Below are positions 1 through 7,802 of a stretch of 11,316 bases of DNA, piece by piece. The translations under genes were made by a program, and so were the position numbers. The number at the start of each line of letters is the position of its first letter. Within the stretch, counting starts at the first letter, position 1. Under the pieces are notes generated by a model that saw only the letters and a list, made by a program, of their open reading frames with translations, did no database searches and was not told the DNA's origin. Location: assembly GCA_050239825.1 (NCBI GenBank), contig JBFXGO010000053.1:1-11316 (forward strand), in the 5' to 3' direction. Origin of the DNA: a bacterium (lineage in GTDB: Bacteria > Hydrothermota > 32-111).

Positions 1-69
1 TATATCATTATCGGGTCTTTTGCAAGTAATTAAGTTCTTTAAATGAAAAAAGGAGAATTATCGATTATC

Positions 70-327
70 CTATTGACACACTTTCAAAGAAGCACCGTCA
101 GTGATGGAATTACTAAAATAATTTTTTTTGCTTTTTAATTCATACTCTTCATTGCAATTTTGACAATAAAAGTCACACGCGGGATTATTGTTAAAATATT
201 TCTTAACAGGTTCTCCACAATTTGGACAAAAAATGTTTTTTTCTGTCCAGTCTTCACTCATTACTCTTATTTTTTGATTAAAACTTTTATAATTAAGACA
301 AATATTTGGATTAAAATTTAAATTCAT
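70..327 (-). pseudogene. Truncated DpnI/Dam-replacing family (Gm6ATC-dependent) restriction endonuclease, N-terminal ~80 aa only
   Basis: MNLNF..YKSFNQKIRVMSEDW..FCPNCG..NNNPACDFYCQNCNEEYELKSKK..ITDGA parallels the DpnI N-terminus (two CxxC Zn pairs, D..ELK catalytic motif). Similarity stops after DGA, and TAG follows 6 codons later. The rest of the catalytic domain and the winged-helix domain are missing. Start placed at ATG 327 because AGGTGA (341-336) lies 8 nt upstream. Confidence 0.85.
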
Positions 328-360
328 TATCATGTTCACCTGTAATTATTATCTTTTTTA

Positions 361-702
361 TTAATTCATCCATTTTTTGAAGTTTACATTAATGCCTTTC
401 GATTTATCCCAGTCACCCTTATCAACCTTCACCATCTTCCCTGCATGACAGCTAATGCCGCCATTCGAAAGGAAGTACGGAGGATCTGCGAATATCATGT
501 CAAACTTTCCTTCAGGGTACTTTTTTATAAGCATATCCATAAACTCAATACAATTAGCCTGATAAAGCCAAACCCCTACTTCATTATTCTGGTAAGCGCA
601 TATATTAGGCGAATACTCCGATTTTTCCATAACCATTGATTGTAAATCATTGCCTTCGACTCTTAGCTGTTTATTTTTTGTTTTCGTTGACTTTTTTTGC
701 AT
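361..702 (-). pseudogene. Truncated beta-class N6-adenine DNA methyltransferase, DpnA/MboIB-like
   Basis: FDMIFADPPYFLSNGGISCHAGKMVKVDKGDWDK resembles DpnA-type enzymes (catalytic motif IV, DPPY). The ORF stops ~35 aa after DPPY, so there is no target-recognition region and no C-terminal FxGxG SAM-binding motif. Confidence 0.85.
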
Positions 703-708
703 AAAAAT

Positions 709-736
709 ATATTACTCTACACCCCGATATTGTCAA
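709..736 (-). promoter_or_regulatory. Sigma70-type promoter for the methyltransferase relic, probably leaderless
   Basis: TTGACA (736-731), 16 nt, TAATAT (714-709), 6 nt, ATG (702). No SD sequence. Confidence 0.6.
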
Positions 737-777
737 GTGCAACAATTGAGTTTTCTTTTCTATGTTGACCTTTGATT

Positions 778-2673
778 TTACTTAATAATTATTGCTTTCC
801 TGTTTATTGTTATGTCTGAATCGCGGAGCTTTATAAAATAGACTCCCGACTCCAGATTCTCCGTTGACATCTTATGCGTCCCATTTTTAAATCCTTTGTC
901 CCTGAAAACTGCTTTTCCTGAGACATCGTATATTATAAGTTCATTGTCTGAAGTCATAATGTTATATCGAATCTCATTCACGGCAACAAACAGATTTGCT
1001 TTAACCTGTGACACCGGTTCGTCTTTATCATATATCCCAGACCAGTTCGAATAATTTGAAAAACCGATGAATGTCCAATCAAGCGACGCATCGTAGAGGT
1101 CAATTGCCTTGTAGTAAATTGAATCGAGTGACCCTGCGCACATTGTAATATGAACATAACCATCCTCGGTGAGATATGAAGGAGCCTCGACAACATAAGA
1201 TGCTGCATTAAGTGCAACTGTCGCTCTTTCAATTGAAGACTGTATTCTCAAAACTTCTATCGAAGATTCTCCGACAGCCGTATCCACATAGTCCTGATAG
1301 ATTATGTAGACATCCTCGGAGTTTCTGTCAAAAACTATGTTTGCAGAAAACAGATTCCCTCTCCAAGTCGATGATCTTCCCATGCTGTCAAAAATTTCAC
1401 CGTCATGAAGATCAATATAATCGTAAATAAACTGCGATGAGCTGTCATTCTTAAATCCGAAGAGAAGCGACCGTCCCTGCCACGGGAAAGTGTAAAGGTC
1501 TCCTCCCGGCTGAATGTAATAGTCAAAGAACAAATCAGCCATAGGAATTGCGTAAAAGAGCGTATGGTTTTCTGTAAAATACTCAGCATCCCACCAGTAC
1601 CACCATGTGCCGAATCCCCATTCCTTACTGTCAATACTTTCTCTTTCGTCTGCCCAAAGACCTGTCGATTCGTCAAGATAGCATTTGACAGGAATGGAAT
1701 CCGCTTTCCCGTTTCCTTTCAATGTGTCTGTGTAATAAGTGATAGTATCGCCATTGACAGAGTGAATATTCGGCCTCTTCGAACCATAGAAGAGACCCGT
1801 CGGAGCAGACCATGAAGCGCCAGCGTCGGTTGACATTGAGAAACCGTTATAAAAGGCTTTGTCTGTATTAGCTATGTCCTTTCTCACTTCATTCTGCCAC
1901 GACATTCCCACAATTGCGTAAATAGTATCGCCTGTTCCCCATCTGGCACAAGCCAAATCATTCTTTAGAATCGAATCCCCTATAGAAAAAGGGTTGTTGT
2001 ATATGTTCCAAGTATTTCCGTAGTCGCTTGAGTAATTGCTACCGAATTCGCCTGTCAAATCGCTGGCAATTACACTAACCTTATCACCTGCTTTATTGAC
2101 GGCAACAGAAGGAATGTAAGCGGCATAATTTACTGTATCTGTAATAAGAATGGGAGTAGTCCATGAACCGCTCCCTGCGCCGACTTGATCAGTCGTAAAC
2201 CAGACTCCGGAAAAGTTTGTATCTGAATTATCTGCAACAACATAAGGGAACTGACCATTACTAACTGCTATTTCACAGTAATTACTTGAAAAAGGCCCCA
2301 TTGAGGTTATAAGCTCCGGAGTTGACCAGGTTGCGCCTCCATCAAATGAGCATGTGTAATAAACACCCAGAAATCCGGAAAGAACACCGCCGTCAGCTTT
2401 CCCGCATATCACCTGAATTGTGTCTCCGTCTCTTGAAGAGACTGTACTGTTCAGAGCTGTCGGAGCTAATCCCCTGAAGTCCCCGTTAATCTCAAGTATT
2501 GCCTTAAAACCGGCTGCCACAGCATAGGAATCTTTAGGCATCTCCTTCACGAAACCAATATCAATAGGATATGACGCATTTCGATTTATAATTTCATTGT
2601 ATTTTTCTGAAGGCAAAGCATATAATTTCACAAGTACAAAGGTCAACAAAAATAGAAGCGGCAAATTTTTCAT
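778..2673 (-). CDS. Secreted BNR/Asp-box beta-propeller-like protein with C-terminal T9SS (Por)-type sorting domain
   Basis: N-terminal signal peptide (MKNLPLLFLLTFVLVKLYA). Asp-boxes SFDGGATWS, SSDYGNTWN, STDAGASWS plus one degenerate box. C-terminal IYDVSGK...LESGVYFIKL...RKAIIIK matches the type A sorting domain pattern. Strong SD. Confidence 0.85.
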   Translation of the reverse strand: MKNLPLLFLLTFVLVKLYALPSEKYNEIINRNASYPIDIGFVKEMPKDSYAVAAGFKAILEINGDFRGLAPTALNSTVSSRDGDTIQVICGKADGGVLSGFLGVYYTCSFDGGATWSTPELITSMGPFSSNYCEIAVSNGQFPYVVADNSDTNFSGVWFTTDQVGAGSGSWTTPILITDTVNYAAYIPSVAVNKAGDKVSVIASDLTGEFGSNYSSDYGNTWNIYNNPFSIGDSILKNDLACARWGTGDTIYAIVGMSWQNEVRKDIANTDKAFYNGFSMSTDAGASWSAPTGLFYGSKRPNIHSVNGDTITYYTDTLKGNGKADSIPVKCYLDESTGLWADERESIDSKEWGFGTWWYWWDAEYFTENHTLFYAIPMADLFFDYYIQPGGDLYTFPWQGRSLLFGFKNDSSSQFIYDYIDLHDGEIFDSMGRSSTWRGNLFSANIVFDRNSEDVYIIYQDYVDTAVGESSIEVLRIQSSIERATVALNAASYVVEAPSYLTEDGYVHITMCAGSLDSIYYKAIDLYDASLDWTFIGFSNYSNWSGIYDKDEPVSQVKANLFVAVNEIRYNIMTSDNELIIYDVSGKAVFRDKGFKNGTHKMSTENLESGVYFIKLRDSDITINRKAIIIK

Positions 2674-2677
2674 TGTT

Positions 2678-2736
2678 CCTCCTTTTTTATTTCCTTCATT
2701 TATATTATATTATAATTCATTTTTTTTTATTTGCAA
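2678..2736 (-). promoter_or_regulatory. Promoter and Shine-Dalgarno of the secreted Asp-box gene
   Basis: TTGCAA (2736-2731), 16 nt, TATAAT (2714-2709). AAGGAGG (2684-2678) lies 4 nt before ATG 2673. Confidence 0.65.
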
Positions 2737-2767
2737 TGGATATTGTTTCTCAATTAGCACTTCCCTA

Positions 2768-2796
2768 TTGACATAAATGAATCTATGTTATAAATT
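2768..2796 (+). promoter_or_regulatory. Sigma70-type promoter of the hypothetical-EamA-yigZ operon
   Basis: TTGACA (2768-2773), 17 nt, TAAATT (2791-2796). An alternative is TGtTATAAA at 2786-2794. ATG lies 8 nt after the -10, with no SD. Confidence 0.6.
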
Positions 2797-2804
2797 ATTC
2801 TATC

Positions 2805-3050
2805 ATGAACAAGAAAGATACAGAACAGTTTGCAAAACTGACCATTCAGTTATATGAGAGGATAAGGCGTTCCAAGCTTAATGCGTGGACTTCATGGAGT
2901 TCCGATGAGACTTTCTGGATAGTCTTTCCCAATAAAATAATGTACGAGGATTTTCTTCTCTTTATTGATGAACCACACGAAGAGATAAATGAGATAGGAG
3001 AGAAATACAAGGATATAGGTTCAATAAGGATAATCTGGGAAGAACACTGA
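2805..3050 (+). CDS. Hypothetical protein, 81 aa
   Basis: ORF fills the gap between a good promoter and eamA (4-nt gap) and has a globular-like composition. No family recognised. Confidence 0.7.
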   Translation: MNKKDTEQFAKLTIQLYERIRRSKLNAWTSWSSDETFWIVFPNKIMYEDFLLFIDEPHEEINEIGEKYKDIGSIRIIWEEH

Positions 3051-3054
3051 CTTA

Positions 3055-3942
3055 ATGACCGGTTACATTTTTCTCTTTATTACAATAATACTATTCTCAT
3101 CAATGGAGACTGCTGGGAGACTGATACACACATCCATAGGTCCTCTCACAATGACATTCATGCGCTTTTTCATAGGATTTCTTGTATTGCTTCCTTTTGT
3201 GCTTTTCAGCAGAAAAGAGAGAATGATTCTCAGGAGTATCAAAGGAAGGGCTTTGTTTGATTTGTTTTCTCTGGGATTTTTAAATGTATTTTTATCAATG
3301 ATGCTTCTTCAAATTGCCGTTCATATCGGCTGCGCATCAATTCCGGCAATACTTATAAGCAGCAACCCTCTGTTCGTGTATTTAATCACAGCATTTTCAC
3401 TAAAATCAATTTCAAAGCGCCATGTAATAAAGATTCTTTCGGGCATGATAGGCATTGCAGGAATAGCAATATTCACATCATCGGGCTCTTTTGATAATTC
3501 TTTTTCGGCATCATTGCTCTCTCTTTTAGCCGCCTTTCTGTTCGCTCTCTATACTTTAAAAGCGCATGACAAGGTCGCTGAATTTTCAAATCTTACAGTG
3601 ACAACACTCTCTTTTGTTTTTGGTTCACTCTGCTACCTGCCGTTCATATTTATCTTTGAAGATTTTTCTTCTCTCTATATGCTGAATATCAAAGAGGCCG
3701 GAGTAATGCTCTACATGGGAATCTTTGTAACCGGAATCGGATACATACTCTTTTTTGAAGGTTTGAAAAGGATTAAGGTGCACATCGGTTCAATGGTCTT
3801 TTTTCTAAAACCTTTCTTCGCGATTCTTTTCTCGTTTTTATTTTTAAAGGAGAGAATACTGCCCATTCAGATGTTTTTCGCTGCTTTTATGCTTTACTCA
3901 ATAATGCCGGAAATAAGGAAAAAGAGTGCTGACAATACTTGA
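3055..3942 (+). CDS. DMT/EamA family transporter
   Basis: 295 aa, ~10 hydrophobic segments in two repeats. EamA-like motifs GPLTMTFMRF, SNPLFV, LYMGIFVTGIGY, KPFFAILFSFLFLKE. Confidence 0.92.
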   Translation: MTGYIFLFITIILFSSMETAGRLIHTSIGPLTMTFMRFFIGFLVLLPFVLFSRKERMILRSIKGRALFDLFSLGFLNVFLSMMLLQIAVHIGCASIPAILISSNPLFVYLITAFSLKSISKRHVIKILSGMIGIAGIAIFTSSGSFDNSFSASLLSLLAAFLFALYTLKAHDKVAEFSNLTVTTLSFVFGSLCYLPFIFIFEDFSSLYMLNIKEAGVMLYMGIFVTGIGYILFFEGLKRIKVHIGSMVFFLKPFFAILFSFLFLKERILPIQMFFAAFMLYSIMPEIRKKSADNT

Positions 3943-4522
3943 CGCCAAGAGCAATCTCATTGAAATAAAAAGATCCAAATTCCACGGATACATTTTTCAC
4001 ACCGAAAACAATGATCAGTTTGACGATGCGCTAAGTAGAGTAAAGAAAGAGCATCCGAGGGCAGACCATATCGTTTATGCATACATTCATTCAAAAAATG
4101 AGAACGGATACTCTGATGCTAATGAACCCAAAGGCACTGCCGGCAGACCGGTTCTGAATGTTTTGGAGAAGAACTCGCTCTGCCTCGTGTCTCTATTCAT
4201 TGTAAGATACTTCGGAGGAATCAAGCTCGGTGCCGGCGGTCTTGTGCGGGCTTATACGCACACTGCGTCAGATGTAATCAATTCTTGCGAGAAGAAGAGC
4301 CTTCTCGAAGCAATCACTCTAATTTTCACTCTGAAATATGAAGAACTGGACAGGTTTTTATCTCAATATAAGGACGGCGGACTTGTTATACTTGATAAAT
4401 CTTTCGGAGAGGATGTCAAAATAAAGGCAATAATAAAAGAGGGGATGCTCCCCTCTTTTAAAAGCGATATAAGAATATTATCTTTCAATGTTATTAAAAA
4501 AGATTTCCTTTATCCGTTTTGA
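3926..4522 (+). CDS. yigZ: YigZ/IMPACT family protein (UPF0029)
   Basis: EIKRSKF, KEHPRADH.VYAY, SDANEPKGTAGRPVL, VRYFGGIKLGAGGLVRAY. GTG start overlaps the eamA end by 17 nt. Confidence 0.93.
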   Translation: MLTILDAKSNLIEIKRSKFHGYIFHTENNDQFDDALSRVKKEHPRADHIVYAYIHSKNENGYSDANEPKGTAGRPVLNVLEKNSLCLVSLFIVRYFGGIKLGAGGLVRAYTHTASDVINSCEKKSLLEAITLIFTLKYEELDRFLSQYKDGGLVILDKSFGEDVKIKAIIKEGMLPSFKSDIRILSFNVIKKDFLYPF

Positions 4523-5553
4523 TGTCTAAGAAGCGCGGCTATCATCTTCTTTGAGAATGGCTTTTTTAGCAGAGGTATCTTGAATTCCTTAATCAGCTTC
4601 TTGACTTCTCCGGTTATATTAAATCCCGTGATGAACACAAATTTTATCTTCGGATAGAGTTTCCTCGTGAGATGGAGTATTTCTGTTCCGCTGTCGCGTC
4701 CGATCTTTATATCGCAGAAAATAGTGCTGATTGATTCACCCTGCCTTCTAATAATGTCCTCTGCTTCCTTTATGCTCTTGGCTTCAAGCACATCAACTCC
4801 CTCCTGACTGATAACCTCTATAATTGTCTGTCTCACATCCTCTTCATCGTCAACAACCAGTATTTTTCTTTCATAGGTTGACTGCGGAAGCTTAAGCATC
4901 ATAGCATCTTCCGCATAGTTAACAAGTTCAGGCTCTTTGTCCTGCTCCTGAATCAGATTGAACCTTCTGAGAATGTCGTTTATCTTTTCCACCGAGTTTT
5001 TTATTCTCGCCAAGAGAACCTCATCCTTCTTTTCAAGGGTCTTTGACAATCTGCTTTCAAGCATCTCAGCAGAAAGAAGTATTACTGACAGCGGCTGATT
5101 CAATTCGTGATGCATAGTAATAATAGCGGCCTTGACTATATTCATTTTGGCAAGACGCAGTTCATCTGCCGTATCATCAAGTATCTTGAACAGAATCTTT
5201 ATCCTTGCATCAAGCTGATTGATATCAACAGGCTTATAAACATAATCGACTCCGCCCGCTTCAATTCCTTCTGCTACAACATTGGTGTCGGTGATGTGTG
5301 AAAGGAATATTACCGGGATCGAAGCGATTGATTCTTCTTTCTGAATCTGCTTGCATATTTCTATGCCATTGTACTCATTCAGGTCAATATCCAAAATGAT
5401 GAGATCCGGAAAAAATTCTTTTATCCTTCCAAGGCATTTATTCGGATTATTGTCCGAATACACTGTATATCCGAGTGCCTGTAGCGACTTTTCAATGTAG
5501 GTCGTCACGGTGATTGAGTCGTCAAGAACATATACTCTGATTTTGTCTTTCAT
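4510..5553 (-). CDS. Two-component signalling protein, REC-HisKA(DHp)-REC, lacking an HATPase domain
   Basis: REC1: VLDDS, D55, FLS, YKP. H-box TMHHELNQPL (H149). REC2: VVDDE, D281, FITG, KKPF. No N/G1/F/G2 boxes, and no room for them. Confidence 0.88.
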   Translation of the reverse strand: MKDKIRVYVLDDSITVTTYIEKSLQALGYTVYSDNNPNKCLGRIKEFFPDLIILDIDLNEYNGIEICKQIQKEESIASIPVIFLSHITDTNVVAEGIEAGGVDYVYKPVDINQLDARIKILFKILDDTADELRLAKMNIVKAAIITMHHELNQPLSVILLSAEMLESRLSKTLEKKDEVLLARIKNSVEKINDILRRFNLIQEQDKEPELVNYAEDAMMLKLPQSTYERKILVVDDEEDVRQTIIEVISQEGVDVLEAKSIKEAEDIIRRQGESISTIFCDIKIGRDSGTEILHLTRKLYPKIKFVFITGFNITGEVKKLIKEFKIPLLKKPFSKKMIAALLRHQNG

Positions 5554-5897
5554 AATTTCCCCTTTAGGATGCTTATTACATCCTCTATTTCTTTTTTCAT
5601 TTTTTCCGGTGCAGACTCTCTGTCAAAATCAAACACCATCTGCTTAACTTCATTTTTGCTTTTCATGAATTCGTTCGCTCCTTTAATCGTATATTTCTTT
5701 TCGTAAAGAAGATGCTTGATTGTTTTAAGAGTGTTAATATCTTTTAGAGTGTACATTCTTCTGTTTCCATTATGTTTTCTCGGTTTGAGGTCCGGAAAGA
5801 CTGTCTCCCAGTATCTCAAAACATACTGTTTTATGCCGATAATTGAACTCACCTCTTTTATTGAATAATACTGTTTGCTTTCAAATTTTGTTTTCAT
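5550..5897 (-). CDS. MerR-family helix-turn-helix regulator (short form)
   Basis: YYSIKEVS..IGIKQYVLRYWETVFPDLKPRK..GNRRMYTLKDI..IKHLLYEKKYTIKGA. No Cys residues, so no Cys-based metal-binding domain. Confidence 0.92.
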   Translation of the reverse strand: MKTKFESKQYYSIKEVSSIIGIKQYVLRYWETVFPDLKPRKHNGNRRMYTLKDINTLKTIKHLLYEKKYTIKGANEFMKSKNEVKQMVFDFDRESAPEKMKKEIEDVISILKGKL

Positions 5898-6507
5898 TTC
5901 CCTTCATCATCCTTGATATGTTGCTTCTGTGTTTGAACACAATGAAGACCACTATTAGGATTATAAGACTCAGATTGGCAAATGAAAAGTAATTGAAAGG
6001 AAAATTTAAATCCAAAATATGTCCAAGAACAAAATACGCTATCGGGAATACAGCGACGGCTATAATAGTTCCCAAAGCCACAATTCTCGATATAAGGACA
6101 GTAACAAGAAAAAAGAGAGCGCACACTCCGGCTACAACTGGGAAAATCACGATAAATGCTCCGAAGGAAGTTGCAGCTCCTTTGCCTCCCTGAAATTTCA
6201 GATATGGAGTAAACATATGCCCGAGAACGGTGGTTATTGCAACAATGGTCGAAACATGAATATTCTTGTCAAATAGGTAAATCGAAATAAGAGTGGGAAT
6301 GAGGCCCTTCAGGAAATCAAGTATGAAAACAGCCACTCCCATCTTCAAGCCGCCCAACCTGTAGACATTTGTCGCGCCCACATTTCCGGAACCGACAGTG
6401 CGTATGTCAATCTTGAGAAAAATTTTGGCAATGATATAGGCGAACGGTATTCCTGCAGTCAAATATGAAGCCAAAACATAAAGAAACACTTTAAGAATAA
6501 AGCTCAT
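5881..6507 (-). CDS. plsY: Glycerol-3-phosphate 1-O-acyltransferase PlsY
   Basis: All three motifs present (GSGNVGATN, GH..P..KFQGGKGAAT, KHRSNI.RM..G.E). Hydrophobic membrane protein directly downstream of der. Confidence 0.97.
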   Translation of the reverse strand: MSFILKVFLYVLASYLTAGIPFAYIIAKIFLKIDIRTVGSGNVGATNVYRLGGLKMGVAVFILDFLKGLIPTLISIYLFDKNIHVSTIVAITTVLGHMFTPYLKFQGGKGAATSFGAFIVIFPVVAGVCALFFLVTVLISRIVALGTIIAVAVFPIAYFVLGHILDLNFPFNYFSFANLSLIILIVVFIVFKHRSNISRMMKGNENKI

Positions 6508-7802
6508 TTCTTTTTCTCCTTAAAAGTTAGCTCAAACGGAAGTCCACCAATTTTCAGTTTCTCCCGCAAAGAATTTATTATATATCTTTTATAATTATTG
6601 TCAATAGAGTCGGACATAGAACTTCTAATAAGGAACCTTATCGGTTCATCGGATACCTGCTCTAAAGTAAAGAAACGCGGACGGGTCTTTCTGATTATAG
6701 GGTGTTTGTGCTGGGATACAATCTCAAATAGGAGAGTGTTGAGATTATGCTTTGGAAAATGCATTGGAAGAGAATCTTTCAGCTTGAGGCCCAGCTCAAT
6801 TATCTTTGTTGTGTGCTTCTTCTCTTTAGCAGAGACAAACATTTTCGGAAGATAGTTTTCAAATTCAAGTTTTTCGGAGACCTCTTTATAGACTCTGGTC
6901 TTCTCTGTATCGGTGATCTTGTCTGTCTTGTTAAACACAAGAACCGTTGGTTTATAGAAATCCAGGGATTCATCCAAAATCCTCTTGTCTTGGAATGTCA
7001 CCTTGTCCATTATATCCATAACGACAACCACCACATCCGACCTTCGCACAGCAAGCTTGCTCCTTAAAATAGTATAGTATTCGCTTGGCTCTTCTATCTT
7101 GGCCGCTCTTCTTATTCCTGCAGTGTCTATAAGAATTATTTTTCTGTCATTATATTCAAGAAGCGAATCTACCGCGTCCCTTGTTGTCCCGGGAATATCC
7201 GATACAATCATCCGCTCCTCATTCAACAATCCATTTATTATGCTTGATTTTCCGGTGTTGGGCTTGCCGATAATTGCGAATTTTACACCTTCAGGAACAG
7301 ATGAATCGCCTGTTTTGGAAGCATGCTCGGCTACATGGTCTTTAATCTCATTTATATTGAGCCTGTGTTCTGCCGAAATACTCACAATCAAATCAAAACC
7401 GAGAGTGTAAATCTCCTGATTCAGAGGATTATCACCTGCATCGCATTTGTTGGCGACTATTATGACTTTCTTTTTCCAGCTTCTTAGTTTTTTGGCTATG
7501 TAGAGGTCGTCGCTTGTGACCTCCTGTCTGTTGTCAATCACAAAGAGAATAACATCGCTTTCGTTGATTGCTATATCAGCTTGCTCTTCGACCAGCTTTA
7601 TAAAAGGAGTATTGTTCTCCTTCTCTATGCCTCCGGTGTCTATGAGTAGATATTTTCTATCCCCGTATGAATACTCGCCATAGTGCCTGTCCCTTGTCAG
7701 ATTGGGAGTGTCATGGACAATCGCAGCTCTCTTTCCTATCATCGCATTGAATAGAGTCGATTTCCCCGTGTTTGGTCTTCCGATTATTGCTACAACAGTC
7801 AT
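6504..7802 (-). CDS. der: Ribosome biogenesis GTPase Der (EngA)
   Basis: Two tandem GTPase domains (GRPNTGKS/TRD/DTGG/NKCD/SA and GKPNTGKS/TTRD/DTAG/NKTD/SA) followed by a KH-like C-terminus (YKRYIINSLRE). Confidence 0.98.
   Translation of the reverse strand: MTVVAIIGRPNTGKSTLFNAMIGKRAAIVHDTPNLTRDRHYGEYSYGDRKYLLIDTGGIEKENNTPFIKLVEEQADIAINESDVILFVIDNRQEVTSDDLYIAKKLRSWKKKVIIVANKCDAGDNPLNQEIYTLGFDLIVSISAEHRLNINEIKDHVAEHASKTGDSSVPEGVKFAIIGKPNTGKSSIINGLLNEERMIVSDIPGTTRDAVDSLLEYNDRKIILIDTAGIRRAAKIEEPSEYYTILRSKLAVRRSDVVVVVMDIMDKVTFQDKRILDESLDFYKPTVLVFNKTDKITDTEKTRVYKEVSEKLEFENYLPKMFVSAKEKKHTTKIIELGLKLKDSLPMHFPKHNLNTLLFEIVSQHKHPIIRKTRPRFFTLEQVSDEPIRFLIRSSMSDSIDNNYKRYIINSLREKLKIGGLPFELTFKEKKK

Noticed and set aside
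1..60. Frameshifted continuation of DpnI (DNSPFFI) or a leftward promoter (TTGCAA...TGaTATA)
   Set aside because: The similarity is only a few residues followed by a stop, and the promoter is cut by the window edge.
68..93. CCTATTGACACACTTTCAAAGAAGC at the DpnI breakpoint as an IS end or promoter
   Set aside because: No partner inverted repeat in the window, and no -10 at the right distance from TTGACA.
311..388. Alternative minus frame CKLQKMDELIKKIIITGEHDNEFKF as a frameshifted MTase continuation or tail of a lost gene
   Set aside because: No recognisable MTase or nuclease motif, and too short to support.
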